A stretch of DNA of 64,000 bases from a plasmid, in sequence record NZ_CP014093.1; one strand, written 5' to 3'. Below, piece by piece: positions 1 through 10,094 of this stretch. The notes beneath the pieces were generated by a model. That model ran no database searches. It was not told the origin of the DNA and saw nothing but the letters and a program-made list of their open reading frames with translations. How positions within the stretch are numbered: the first letter of the stretch is position 1; each line of letters starts with the position of its first letter. Made by a program: the position numbers and the translations under genes.

Positions 1-15
1 CGTGCTCAGAACGCA

Positions 16-249
16 ATGGAAAAACAGATCGCCAAACAGAAACGGGAAAGCGAAACTATTAAGCGCCAAGCGCGCAAACTGCGTCAGGAGTCCAACGAGA
101 AGAAAGGTTATATCGATATGATTAAGGTCGGCTTCCAGAACTTCCATGACGGCTACAAGCTGCAAGGAAAGACTAAGAGTGAAGCTCTGACCAACTTCGC
201 AAAATTGATGAACGTAACACCAAGCAGATTAGAGAGAATCATCAAATGA
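16..249 (+). CDS. hypothetical protein (Lys/Arg/Glu-rich small protein)
   Basis: ORF track only; no recognisable motif. Confidence 0.3.
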   Translation: MEKQIAKQKRESETIKRQARKLRQESNEKKGYIDMIKVGFQNFHDGYKLQGKTKSEALTNFAKLMNVTPSRLERIIK

Positions 250-758
250 GTGACGCAGTTAAACCTGTAGTAAGAAAGGCTCGATACCAAGGCCATGTGC
301 CCTTTAACCGTGTTTTAAGGGATGATTGGATTAAGGCCATCAAACTATCACCTGATCACTTTGAAGCGTCCCTTTATCGCCCTGCGGATCCAGAACTGGA
401 ACCAACGGATGATAATTACCAAAGCGAGTCAGTGTTAGAGCTAGAAACCAACCAAGACACGCTTACTTATCGTGAGCCAGAGCTGGTGGCTTTATTAGCT
501 TGTCCAGATGAGCAAGAGAACTTTTTCATGATGGACGATGGCGACGAAAACCTTGGCGAGTCCTTAGAACCGCTAATGCTGCGTATTGCTTCGCACCATG
601 TTCCTATTGGTAGTGTACTGGAATGGGATGAAGAAAACGCCGAGGGATTACGAACCGTGTGGTGGTACGTACATAAAGCCGTTGGCTATGGCACAGCGAA
701 TGTGGGCGTGATTTATATCTGCATACCAATGCGTGATTTTAACAAATTACTTAAGTAG
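246..758 (+). CDS. hypothetical protein; acidic
   Basis: 170-aa ORF translationally coupled to the previous ORF (ATGA overlap at 246-249); no recognisable motif. Confidence 0.3.
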   Translation: MSDAVKPVVRKARYQGHVPFNRVLRDDWIKAIKLSPDHFEASLYRPADPELEPTDDNYQSESVLELETNQDTLTYREPELVALLACPDEQENFFMMDDGDENLGESLEPLMLRIASHHVPIGSVLEWDEENAEGLRTVWWYVHKAVGYGTANVGVIYICIPMRDFNKLLK

Positions 759-769
759 AAAATTCACCA

Positions 770-835
770 CATAATGCAGCACCACCTTTAATGGCTAGGG
801 TGCTCCCTGCAAAAGAGCAGAGAGGGGAATACAAC
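770..835. repeat. solo inverted copy of the ~50-bp hairpin repeat found at the right end of the IS200/IS605 element (8040-8095)
   Basis: ggtgctccctgcaaaagagcagagaggg at 780-830 is near reverse-complementary to ccctccctgttctttcgcagggagcacc at 8040-8095. Confidence 0.4.
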
Positions 836-838
836 ATC

Positions 839-2346
839 TTAATATATAACATTTGCGATGTTATTTAATTTTCTATCCAATAAAGCAATGGGGATTGGAC
901 GACTTAAATAGAACCCTTGAACTAGCTCACAATCTAACTCTTCTAGAACACACAACTGTTCAAGGGTCTCTACCCCTTCAGCAACGACTTGAATACCAAA
1001 TCCCTTTGCGATGTTGACGATGCCGGAAGTGATCGCTCTTGAGCGATAATCAATAGCGATGTTTTTAATGAAGCTTCGATCTATTTTTATTTCATCGACA
1101 TCCAACTTGTTGAATATTGCAAATGAGGTATAGCCAACACCGAAGTCATCAATAGAGAACTTTACACCAGATTTCTTGAGTTCTCTGACTAGACTTGCGC
1201 ATTGATCAACATCGTTTAACGTTGCTGTCTCTGTGATTTCCAAGCAGAGGTATTGTGCAAAATCAAGATCTTTTTTTAAGTAATTTTCGATACGATGCAT
1301 ATCTTCAATGCTATTTAGCTCAGTAGCAGAAAGGTTCACTGATACCTCTTGAATGGCTCGTCCTAGAAGCTGAGTTTCTCTAAGTTGCTTTGATGCTTGC
1401 TTGAGGACTAGTTCTGTTAGAGCGCTGCAGAGATTGTTCTCTTCTGCCAGTGTGATAAATACTGCAGGAGATATATCTCCATATTCGGGGTGTTTCCATC
1501 GAGAGAGCACTTCAACTCCAGCGACTCTCTTATCTTTAAGGCAATACTTTGGTTGAAAAACAATCTGTATTTGGTTTTCTCGTATTGCGTTACGTAAGTC
1601 TGAAGTCATCTGCTGTCTCTGGAGCTCATGTTTAGCGAGCTCTTTGTCGTGGTAGCAGACAGTATTTTTCGTGATTTTTGCTTGAGCAAGTGCATATTTA
1701 GCTGACGACATGAGCTGTTTTACACTTTCCCCATCAAATGGATAAAGCGCAACACCAATGGAGCATGTCAAATCAATACCATGACGTTTTGAGTTCTGCT
1801 TAAACTGCCTTTGAATAAGTGCTAAGTGCATATCAACTTGACTTTCGCTTTCCATACGAATCAAACAAGCAAATCCATCAGAATGCACCCTTGAAGAGAA
1901 AAGTGGAGAAACGGTAGAAGAGTTAATCGATTGTGCGATATCTTTTAGAAACAGATTACTCTTTACAAAACCGATTCGGTCGGAAACGGGCTTAAAATTG
2001 TCTATATCGAGAAGAAATAAAACATAATGTTCATCCTTTTTTGTATTACGAAACTTTTGTTCCAAATAGCGAAAAAAGACGTAGGGGCTATGTAAACCGG
2101 TTACATAGTCAATGTCATTGGCTCGTTCAATATACCTGTTGTTCTTTTTTATCAGCCCCATAGCAAGAAAGAGGTGATCACAACAAATAGCATTCCTTTT
2201 AGTGACTGAACCGAGGTGTATACTTGTTGATTGTTAGATAGGAGCTCTACCGCTTTGTCTGAGAACAATACCCACATTGACGCGAATGCAAAGTAGGACA
2301 AAACGATCTTAGCGGAGCTGAGAAAGTTTTTTTTCATATAAACCAC
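839..2346 (-). CDS. membrane-anchored GGDEF-like/EAL-domain c-di-GMP phosphodiesterase; apparent frameshift near 2152-2161 splits an N-terminal TM segment (ORF 2152..2346) from the GGDEF-EAL body (839..2161)
   Basis: EAL signature block EITETA...DDFGVGYTSF...IKIDRSF; degenerate GGDEF region upstream; two overlapping ORFs in different frames. Confidence 0.65.
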
Positions 2347-2720
2347 AAAATACTCGTGTACTGCCCAAGGTTAAGAGCATACTTAAATAAGTAAACTATC
2401 ACCACATTGCATATCAAGCTAGCAATATATCAATTAGATTTTCAAAACAACATATTAAACACATGCTTTTACGGATTAAGTTGACGTTTCGTCGTAACAA
2501 GAACCTCTAATTGCCCCCATCCTAATATTGTTCAGGTCTAGAGCTTAGTTGCTGTATGTTTACCATCTATGTTGCTTATATGAGTTTCAAGAAATATATA
2601 AGCTAATAAGGAAGTTGCATATCAAACATGGCTGAACTGTCAAATCTGTTCAAACTGGATTTAATCGATTTACAGTTACGAGTAGAATCACTTTTAATAG
2701 ACCAATGGATGACTTAATTT

Positions 2721-4310
2721 ATGGAATACCTGGGTGAATCAAAGCGGCTGAGAGATAAGTTAAATTTAAGACAACTGATACTATTTTTAAGCATCTTTAG
2801 TATGATGGTCACCCTTCTAAACGCTTTTTACTCCATATATCATGTTCAACGTGAACTAACTGTCACTAACACCATTGAATCCAATCGTGTTTATGCTGAA
2901 AAAATGGCCAGAATGACGGACACTTTCATTGAATCAGCACTATCACAATTGGAGTACAGCGCACTTATGCTTAGAAGCAAGGTGCGAGATACAGATGAGT
3001 TGCAACAAGAAGTGGATCGGTTGAGGCTCCAAACCAATGCCTTTAACTCTGTAGTCATCGTCAATGCGAAGGGAATTATTGTTGCCGTTTCACCTGAAGC
3101 AATACAAGTGAAAGGTGTCCAATTAACAAGTGAAAGTTCGCTACAATCATTGAAAGCTAAGTCTCCAATCGTGACTGATCCCTTCGTATCTCCTGCAGGT
3201 AATTATCTGATAAGTATTTCCCACCCTATTTTCTCCGAACAAAAAGAGTATTTAGGATATGTCAGTGGCTCTATTTATCTCGATAAGAAGAACATGTTAA
3301 TGAGCATACTTGGGCAACATAGCTATAGAGATGGGTCATACCTCTACGTTGTGGATAAGAATCAGACATTGATCTATCACCCTGATCGGCAAAGAGTGGG
3401 AGAAGTCATTGTTAATAATGACGCGATAAATGATGTTATTCAGGGAAATAAAGGTGGTAAAGCCATCATTAACTCCAAGGGTATTGATATGCTTACTGGG
3501 TACGCACCAGTTAATGCTTCAGGTTGGGGGATAGTTGCACAGAAATCAGAAGGCTTAACTTTTTCTGTACTTAACGACCAAATGTGGGATGTGCTTGTAG
3601 AAACTTTTCCAATTGGAGCCATCACGCTTTTAGTTATTTGGATATCTGCGGCTTTTATCTCAAAACCGTTGTGGCAGCTAGCTAATGTAGTCAAAAGCTT
3701 TGAAAACCGTACTTCTGCTATACGAGACTTAAATGAAGTTAAACCTTGGTATTTTGAAGCTTCACATCTAAAGTGTTCATTTCTCAGCGCATTCAACATT
3801 GTATCCAACACCATTGACCAACTGCATATCGATACTTTAACGGATTCAATGACTGGGCTGTTAAACCGTCGAGGTTTAGATAAAGCCATTGATAACTTGC
3901 GTATACAAAACACTCCATTTTCTGTGCTCGCTCTGGATGTTGACTATTTCAAAAAAGTCAATGATACCTTTGGCCATGATGCCGGTGATGCCTTACTTGT
4001 CAGTGTGGCAAATATTATCAAGGCTCAGGCGAGAGAGATGGATATTGTCTGCCGCTCTGGCGGAGAGGAGTTTATGGTCTTTTTAGTTAAAACTGACATA
4101 CGTCAAGCTGAATACGTTGCTGAGAGAATCCGAAAAGCCATTGATTCAAACGAGTTTGATGTTGTAGGTCACGTGACTATTTCTATCGGCATGTCTCAAT
4201 GGTTTGCAGAAAGAGAACCGATCAACGCTATTCTTAAAGGTGCTGATGATGCGCTTTACCAGGCAAAACATAACGGTAGAAATAGAACTGAGGTGCATAA
4301 GGTCAACTGA
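2721..4310 (+). CDS. sensor diguanylate cyclase (N-terminal TM plus periplasmic Cache-like sensor, second TM, C-terminal GGDEF domain with GGEEF motif)
   Basis: GLLNRRG...DVDYFKKVNDTFGHDAGDALL...RSGGEEF block; two hydrophobic segments flanking a ~280-aa sensor domain. Confidence 0.8.
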   Translation: MEYLGESKRLRDKLNLRQLILFLSIFSMMVTLLNAFYSIYHVQRELTVTNTIESNRVYAEKMARMTDTFIESALSQLEYSALMLRSKVRDTDELQQEVDRLRLQTNAFNSVVIVNAKGIIVAVSPEAIQVKGVQLTSESSLQSLKAKSPIVTDPFVSPAGNYLISISHPIFSEQKEYLGYVSGSIYLDKKNMLMSILGQHSYRDGSYLYVVDKNQTLIYHPDRQRVGEVIVNNDAINDVIQGNKGGKAIINSKGIDMLTGYAPVNASGWGIVAQKSEGLTFSVLNDQMWDVLVETFPIGAITLLVIWISAAFISKPLWQLANVVKSFENRTSAIRDLNEVKPWYFEASHLKCSFLSAFNIVSNTIDQLHIDTLTDSMTGLLNRRGLDKAIDNLRIQNTPFSVLALDVDYFKKVNDTFGHDAGDALLVSVANIIKAQAREMDIVCRSGGEEFMVFLVKTDIRQAEYVAERIRKAIDSNEFDVVGHVTISIGMSQWFAEREPINAILKGADDALYQAKHNGRNRTEVHKVN

Positions 4311-4652
4311 CTCGATCAATTTAATGTGTCATTTACTTTAGGTTCGTTGTAACTTAATTCAGACTTAGCGAACATATAAAGTTCACAACTTCAAGATACC
4401 TTTACTCTTAAAATTCAAGTGTATTAGGTTGAGCTGTTTCATAAGAATTTTTTTGTCAAGTCAAGCAAGCGAAACTTGTTACCAAGCTTCGTCTATCTCG
4501 TAATCCAACATGTAAGTAGTCTCGATGTAAAAAACATAATCTTTTACAGGTTAGCTCATTTCTCGTTCCTCAAGTTGCGAGTAGTAAGAAATGCTATCTG
4601 CTTCTAAAGCTTTATTTTACTGGATTGAGCTCGAACCCAATTTTAAGAGTAA

Positions 4653-4752
4653 GTAACGTAATATTGCAGCACCTTAATTATAAACATCAAACGCATATTG
4701 AAATTGCCGCGTGTGCCGAATCATTCTTGAGCGATTAATTTTACGAACAAAA
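4653..4752 (-). repeat. degenerate attC-like repeat directly downstream of the ykgJ-like ORF
   Basis: gtaacgtaatattgcagcacc ... gccgcgtgtgccgaatcattcttgagcgattaattttacgaac resembles both arms of the VCR-like attCs at 24.4-36 kb. Confidence 0.4.
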
Positions 4753-4771
4753 CAAACCTTAGCAATATGAT

Positions 4772-5068
4772 TTATATGAACTTATCTCGCTCATCCAAAC
4801 ATTCATCTGAAGCCATTTCAAACTCGCGACATATCCAAGGACGATTTTCATAAATTTTGCACATTAAGCTATCTCTATCTAAAGCAGCACACCAACCATC
4901 ACTTAGACGCAGCATTGCCTCACTACCATACTGATCACGTTTGATGAATTGTTCTGGTACTCCCGTATCAGAAATGATCATTACTTCAAGCCGACAACAG
5001 CATGCTTTACAGTTAGAACAAGATATATTTGAGGAATAAGCTGGTGTAGAAAAGGTGGGTATGTTCAT
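4772..5068 (-). CDS. YkgJ-family Cys-cluster (CxxCxxCC) protein
   Basis: CSNCKACCC motif and overall ~100-aa size typical of the YkgJ/UPF0153 zinc- or iron-chelating domain. Confidence 0.55.
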   Translation of the reverse strand: MNIPTFSTPAYSSNISCSNCKACCCRLEVMIISDTGVPEQFIKRDQYGSEAMLRLSDGWCAALDRDSLMCKIYENRPWICREFEMASDECLDERDKFI

Positions 5069-5152
5069 AAGTAGCTACATTTTGATTAATTACACATAAT
5101 ACCGTAATTTAGTACAAACTACCTTACTTCTGATGTTCGCTACCTTGTGGAT

Positions 5153-5275
5153 CATAATGCCCTGTAAAGGTATCAACCACGCTAATACCTTAGTTAAACA
5201 ATTGTGTCATAAACACTAAACTGGCTTGGAGTGAAAGCGCCAAGTGTTACGAAGCCATCTCGAACAGTTTGTTAT
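5153..5275 (-). repeat. attC-like site (VCR-like)
   Basis: taatgccctgtaaaggtatcaaccacgc ... gccaagtgttacgaagccatctcgaacagtttgttatatg: same two imperfectly inverted arms as the array attCs. Confidence 0.55.
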
Positions 5276-5331
5276 ATGCTTGTATTGCACCTATAATTTA
5301 TGCGCACACACAATACGCACAGGTTACTATC

Positions 5332-5577
5332 ATGAGAAACGCATATAGTACGCAAGCACCAAAGAAAGCTACAAACTTAAGCTTAAACAGTGAGTTACTT
5401 GCGGAGGCTAAACGCTTAAATATAAACCTTTCGGCAACAATGGAAAAGGCACTTGAAAAAGAAGTACGTCAACGCCTTAAAGCTGAATGGTTAAAGCAAA
5501 ATTCTGAGGCCATTAATGCTTGTAACGAGCTAACTGAAAATCACGGACTATTTTCTGATTCTTACCGAGTATTCTAA
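5332..5577 (+). CDS. ccdA: CcdA antitoxin
   Basis: ATNLSLNSELLAEAKRLNINLS...EVRQRLKAEWLKQNSEAINACNELTENHGLFSDSYRVF resembles CcdA; TAATG overlap with ccdB. Confidence 0.7.
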   Translation: MRNAYSTQAPKKATNLSLNSELLAEAKRLNINLSATMEKALEKEVRQRLKAEWLKQNSEAINACNELTENHGLFSDSYRVF

Positions 5578-5894
5578 TGTCACAATTCTCGCTATACAAA
5601 AACAACGATAAAAACACTGCAACCGCATATCCATACTTTGTTGACGTTCAAAGTGGATTGCTGGATACATTGAACACTCGGTTAGTTATTCCGTTGACGC
5701 CTATTGAGCTGTTAGAGAAAAAAGCACCCAGTCATCTATGCCCCATAATCCATATTGATGAAGGTGACTTCGTAATTCTGACGCATCAAATGGCAAGTGT
5801 ACCAACCAAAATTCTAAGAGAACCTGTAAGCAATCTAAGCACTTTTAGAGACGAGATCATCTCTGCTATCGACTTTCTTATTACGGGCATATAA
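5577..5894 (+). CDS. ccdB: CcdB toxin (gyrase poison family)
   Basis: YPYFVDVQS...RLVIPL...LCPIIHIDEGDFVILTHQMASVP...FLITGI aligns along its length with F-plasmid CcdB (~101 aa). Confidence 0.8.
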   Translation: MSQFSLYKNNDKNTATAYPYFVDVQSGLLDTLNTRLVIPLTPIELLEKKAPSHLCPIIHIDEGDFVILTHQMASVPTKILREPVSNLSTFRDEIISAIDFLITGI

Positions 5895-5998
5895 CGCCAG
5901 CCACGCAATCACGACACTTAACTTGGACGCCGTAAACACTAAACTTGACCCAAACTAAAAATGCCAAGCGTGGGGAATCACTCTTAAATGCTTTCATT
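5892..5998 (-). repeat. attC-like site, degenerate at the inverse-core end
   Basis: ataacgccagccacgcaatcacgac ... aaaaatgccaagcgtggggaatcactcttaaatgctttc. Confidence 0.5.
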
Positions 5999-6070
5999 TC
6001 TATCCCCTAAAATTGCCAGAATGGTAAGTTAAATATCCACCCCATAACAGTAAACGCTGTTAGCAGTAGA

Positions 6071-6256
6071 CTAAAAAGAAATCCCAGTAAGCCGCCATTG
6101 TATCACTTGTTTCAGCATGACAAATTCAGGGATACTCGCAGCGACAGTGCTCATACAAAACGCTAATGTCGTACTAATGGGAAGACCATTTCTCAGTAGA
6201 CTCTCCATGATAGGAATCACCCCCGTCGCATTAGAATACAGAGGGATACCAATCAA
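6071..6256 (-). pseudogene. C-terminal fragment of an ArsP-like (DUF318) permease, paralogous to the intact gene at 9123..10094; abuts the left end of the IS200/IS605 element
   Basis: IGIPLYSNATGVIPIMESLL...STVAASIPEF parallels IGIPLYLRIEMAIPLLNVLI...GGTGASLPEI of ORF 9123..10094. Confidence 0.45.
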
Positions 6257-6381
6257 TACTGAAACTGGAACCGACCACCACTGACCTGCGCCTAATTGAC
6301 ATCCTCCCCTAGCTGATTCGCTAGGGGATTCCCATTACATGGGCGCACGCTAAATTGCTTTAGGTGCAAGTTCCTGATTCA

Positions 6382-7560
6382 TCAAGCGGCTAACGCCGAC
6401 TCTCCACAGGCTAACAAGCGGTGTCCCCGCTCTAAAATATTTAATGCGCCAACAATATCTGCATTGTTGGTGTAACCACACTTAATACACTCAAAATGAG
6501 ATTGAGTTTTACGGTTATCTTTCGATACATGACTGCAACAAGGGCAGGTTTGGCTTGTGTATTGCGCTGGCACAGCGACAACTAAACCACCATTCCATAA
6601 TTGCTTGTACTCTAGTTGTCTTCTGAACTCATACCAACCCTGATCAAGTATTGATTTGTTCAGCCCTGACTTAGCTTTCACGTTTTTACCGTGCTTTTCT
6701 GCATTGCCTTTTGCTGACTTAGACATGTTTGATACACGTAAGTCCTCAATCACTATCATCGCGTGGTTCTTGCTGATTTGATGTGAGGCTTTATGTAAGT
6801 AGTCCTTGCGACAATTCGCAATGAGAGTGTGTAGCTTTTGAATTTTGGCTTTCTGTTTCTGCCAGTTAGCAGAAAACTTAACCTTTCTTGATAGCTTGCG
6901 CTGTTCGACAGCTAAGCGCTTTTCATGCTTACGGAATGCGTTAAGCGGTTTTAGATATGAGCCGTCTGACAATGTGACTAACTTGGCAACACCCATATCA
7001 ATACCAACGGCAGAGCTAGAGGTATGCTTAGGTTCATCAATTTCTTGCTCAACTTGGAACGAGATATACCAGTGACCAGACTTAAAACTAACAGTACAGT
7101 TCTTAATGTTGCCTTGTACTTCTTGTGATTTGCGAAACTTCAGCCAGCCAAGCTTGCTCGGTAGCTTTACACGCTTACCATCTAGTTCGCAGTATTTGTT
7201 GAAGTTAACAAAGCGCACTGAATCTTGGTTTTTGCCTTTATTTTTAAATCTAGGCTTATCAGCAGCTAATGACTTGTCGAAGCATCGCATCCAAGCCGTA
7301 TGAAGGTCTTTGAGCTTTTGCTGTAGATTGTCAGTGTATGCCTCTTTGAGCCAAGCAAGATCGTCTTCTTTCTTCCATTGCGTGAGTTGCTTACACAGTT
7401 CAGCGTAGTTCGGGATCTTCTCGCCAGAGTCCAACTTGTTTAAGCAGTGGCGCAAGCCTTGATTCCACACAAATCGAGCATGACCGCAAAGCACAGCAAG
7501 TCTAGCCGCTTGGGTAGCGGTAGGCTCTAACCGAAATTTGTATGCTTTGCGTATTAACAT
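6382..7560 (-). CDS. tnpB: TnpB (IS605 OrfB family, RuvC-like plus C-terminal Zn finger)
   Basis: 392 aa; C-terminal CPCCSHV...ECIKCGYTNNADIVGALNI block typical of TnpB. Confidence 0.85.
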   Translation of the reverse strand: MLIRKAYKFRLEPTATQAARLAVLCGHARFVWNQGLRHCLNKLDSGEKIPNYAELCKQLTQWKKEDDLAWLKEAYTDNLQQKLKDLHTAWMRCFDKSLAADKPRFKNKGKNQDSVRFVNFNKYCELDGKRVKLPSKLGWLKFRKSQEVQGNIKNCTVSFKSGHWYISFQVEQEIDEPKHTSSSAVGIDMGVAKLVTLSDGSYLKPLNAFRKHEKRLAVEQRKLSRKVKFSANWQKQKAKIQKLHTLIANCRKDYLHKASHQISKNHAMIVIEDLRVSNMSKSAKGNAEKHGKNVKAKSGLNKSILDQGWYEFRRQLEYKQLWNGGLVVAVPAQYTSQTCPCCSHVSKDNRKTQSHFECIKCGYTNNADIVGALNILERGHRLLACGESALAA

Positions 7561-7624
7561 GACAATCAGTGTGAATCTTGATAATGTATTTATATTATCA
7601 ACTTACATACAAAAGACAATATCA

Positions 7625-8035
7625 GTGTGCGATAATTTTAATAAGGGCAGGCATAGTTGTTATTCACTGCATTTACATATCGTTTTCGTGACAAAATACA
7701 GAAAGAAAGTGTTTGGAGATTTGCATCTACAAAGTCTTGAGGCGACTTTCAGGGAGCTTTGTTTGGGCTTTGATGCGGAGCTAAAGGAATTTAACGGAGA
7801 GCCTGACCATGTTCATTTGCTAATATCAACATCTCCGAATACACCTAGCGTTGCAAAATTGGTGAACTCGTTAAAAGCAACCAGTTCACGCAGGATTCGC
7901 AGGGAATTTAATGATGTAGCAGGAGCGTTTGGTAAGAATGTGCTTTGGAGTCGGTCTTACTTTGCTGGAACATGTGGAGGTGCGCCACTAACTGTTATTC
8001 GTCAGTACATCGAGCAACAGGATAGACCGCATTAA
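7625..8035 (+). CDS. tnpA: IS200-type Y1 transposase TnpA (probable GTG start)
   Basis: YSLHLHIVFVTKYRKKVF...HVHLLIS (HuH motif)...LWSRSYFAGTCGGA; ~136 aa from an in-frame GTG. Confidence 0.75.
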   Translation: MCDNFNKGRHSCYSLHLHIVFVTKYRKKVFGDLHLQSLEATFRELCLGFDAELKEFNGEPDHVHLLISTSPNTPSVAKLVNSLKATSSRRIRREFNDVAGAFGKNVLWSRSYFAGTCGGAPLTVIRQYIEQQDRPH

Positions 8036-8154
8036 GGCGCTATCGCACCTTTGGCTATTCCCCTCCCTGTTCTTTCGCAGGGAGCACCTAGCCATTAAAG
8101 GTGGTACTACTATGCGGAACACATCCATAGGTAACTCGATGATCAGAGTAACTT

Positions 8155-8598
8155 TTATGTGGTGAAGCACTGCTGGTTTGGGTTACGTAGTTCAATGATG
8201 GTATTACTTTGATCAACACGGTTAAATGCCTCATCACTTATATTTGCGTGATCAAAATCAGTACGAAATAGATCCGCACGATACAAATCGACCTTACTCA
8301 TTTGTGCATAACTCATGTCTGCGTTTCTCAAATCCGCATCGCGGAACGTTGCGTTGTTCAGGTTAGCGTGACTGAAATTGGCATAAGTAATGTCAGCCTC
8401 ATTCATATTCGTACCTGATAAATTGGCGCCACTGAAGTTGGTGCGGGTGAGATTGGCGCAACGCAAATCAGCATTTTTAATTGTACGATTGCTTAGGTCG
8501 GCATTACATAATTGTGCACGCTCACCGCCTTGCTTGTCTAACCACAGTTTGTGTTGCTCAAGAACTGAATCAAGCTCTTGTTGAGTGTATGTATTCAT
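8155..8598 (-). CDS. pentapeptide-repeat protein
   Basis: tandem A(D/N)L(S/R)xA(N/D)L pentapeptides across most of the 147 aa. Confidence 0.75.
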   Translation of the reverse strand: MNTYTQQELDSVLEQHKLWLDKQGGERAQLCNADLSNRTIKNADLRCANLTRTNFSGANLSGTNMNEADITYANFSHANLNNATFRDADLRNADMSYAQMSKVDLYRADLFRTDFDHANISDEAFNRVDQSNTIIELRNPNQQCFTT

Positions 8599-8654
8599 AC
8601 TTCACACCTCTATTCTCATAGGGGATACCAATATTAGGCCCCCTTTATCTTGAT

Positions 8655-9047
8655 TTAGCTAATCTTGCTGTGCCATATCTCGCTATCTGGGCCAATAACA
8701 CATTCGCCGTCTACTCTCATTGATAACCGAATAAGACAGCGTTTGGCCACTTCCTTGAAATCGTCTTCGGGTAAATGTCTTACCGAGTCGACCAAGGCTT
8801 GACAATGCGGGGCGGTTTGCTCTTTTAAAGTGTAGAAAACCCATTTCCCCTTTTTCTCGTGGTTCAGGAGGCCAGCTTTGTAAAGTATTTTAAGATTACG
8901 AGATACGTTGTATTGAGTTTCACCAATGATGTCCATTGCTTCAGCTACTGCCATGCATTCATCAACATGCAGGAACAACCAGAACAATCGCAATCGATTT
9001 GGTTCTGATAAGGCTTTTAACGAATCAATGTATTTTTCATCCATCAT
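8655..9047 (-). CDS. ArsR/SmtB-family transcriptional regulator
   Basis: LSEPNRLRLFWLL...AEAM...QYNVSRNLKILYKAGLL winged-HTH pattern. Confidence 0.7.
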   Translation of the reverse strand: MMDEKYIDSLKALSEPNRLRLFWLFLHVDECMAVAEAMDIIGETQYNVSRNLKILYKAGLLNHEKKGKWVFYTLKEQTAPHCQALVDSVRHLPEDDFKEVAKRCLIRLSMRVDGECVIGPDSEIWHSKIS

Positions 9048-9122
9048 GGTTTTACCCTTTCAACTGATTGGCGCCACTCTCGATGAGTGGCGCGAGTTTT
9101 ATATTGTTCAGAGTAACCGATT

Positions 9123-10094
9123 TTACACAACGTATTGGAAGATAGCGCCCCCAATGATCGCTGTCGTTAAGACTATCCCTACAAACGCGATTACTGCTTT
9201 TCTTTTTAGAACTGCAGATACTAACGCGATTTCAGGCAAACTGGCACCTGTACCGCCAATAATTAGTGCCAATGCGGCCCCTAAGCCCATTCCTTTAGCT
9301 ATTAACACGTTAAGTAGCGGGATCGCCATCTCGATACGTAGGTAAAGCGGGATACCAATAAATGAAGCCACCACGATAGATTGGAAGCTATCACCACCCA
9401 CATATTTATCTACTAAGTCCGCTGGTAGGTAAACCGCAGAGAATCCGCTGATCGCTGCACCTAACAATACGTATGGGATTATTCGTTTGAATAAAGACCA
9501 AGCTCCAGCCATTGCATTGCGCGGTCTTGAGGTAGAAGAAAGTGCTGCGCCACAAGTAGAAGTGTTGCTGCCGCATCCTTTACTTTTGTTGTCTTCTAAT
9601 TCATCGGCACGCTTGATTTCATTTTTCCAAGGCGACTTGGAGATCACGTAGCCACCCAATACCGCAGCGGTGAACGTCACCAAGAAGTACACCACAGTGA
9701 TCTTTAATCCGAAAGTGGCATACACCATCGCTAATACAATGAAGTTACACAATGGTGCAGAAATAATGAAGCTCATTACTGTACCCAAGGATGCGCCCAT
9801 TGATGCCATTGCCATGGTTACAGGAACAACCGCAGCACTACAAAATGGGGTTAACATGCCAAACAGTGCACCCAAAAGGGTTCCCCATTTATCGTGTTTG
9901 GTCAGCGCTGATTGGAGTTTTTTTTGGGGGATGTATTCGCGCATGATGCCGGTTAAAAGTGACACGATGGCGATGATAAGAACTAAGCCTTTCGCTACAT
10001 AAAAGAACTCGTTGAACGCAATAAGTAATTTAGTATCCAAAATTGTAATCTCTAGCAAGTAAAAAGAGATTTTGGATAATATCCATACATGCAC
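9123..10094 (-). CDS. ArsP-like (DUF318) membrane permease
   Basis: multi-TM protein with a TPFCSAAVVP motif resembling the TPFCSC(S) motif of ArsP-type permeases; arsR-like regulator immediately downstream. Confidence 0.6.
   Translation of the reverse strand: MHVWILSKISFYLLEITILDTKLLIAFNEFFYVAKGLVLIIAIVSLLTGIMREYIPQKKLQSALTKHDKWGTLLGALFGMLTPFCSAAVVPVTMAMASMGASLGTVMSFIISAPLCNFIVLAMVYATFGLKITVVYFLVTFTAAVLGGYVISKSPWKNEIKRADELEDNKSKGCGSNTSTCGAALSSTSRPRNAMAGAWSLFKRIIPYVLLGAAISGFSAVYLPADLVDKYVGGDSFQSIVVASFIGIPLYLRIEMAIPLLNVLIAKGMGLGAALALIIGGTGASLPEIALVSAVLKRKAVIAFVGIVLTTAIIGGAIFQYVV

Larger units (their letters stand above)
6285..8100. mobile_element. IS200/IS605-family insertion sequence with divergent tnpB and tnpA and subterminal hairpins at both ends
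   Basis: TnpB and Y1 (HuH) TnpA ORFs; hairpin ccctagctgattcgctagggg at ~6300-6330 and hairpin ccctccctgttctttcgcagggag at ~8045-8075. Confidence 0.7.

Noticed and set aside
3440-4086. ORFs 3440..3913 (-) and 3889..4086 (+) inside the diguanylate cyclase gene, and similar nested ORFs inside the tape measure (58014-60186), aconitase, nhaA, hflC and Fic genes.
   Set aside because: They are embedded in, or antisense to, well-supported longer genes, with no RBS or motif. They are treated as spurious.
9062-9092. The hairpin ggcgccactctcgatgagtggcgcg between the permease and arsR genes, as a terminator.
   Set aside because: Both flanking genes are on the minus strand and co-oriented, and the T-run is on the plus strand only. 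It is more likely an intra-operon stem-loop or regulator site.
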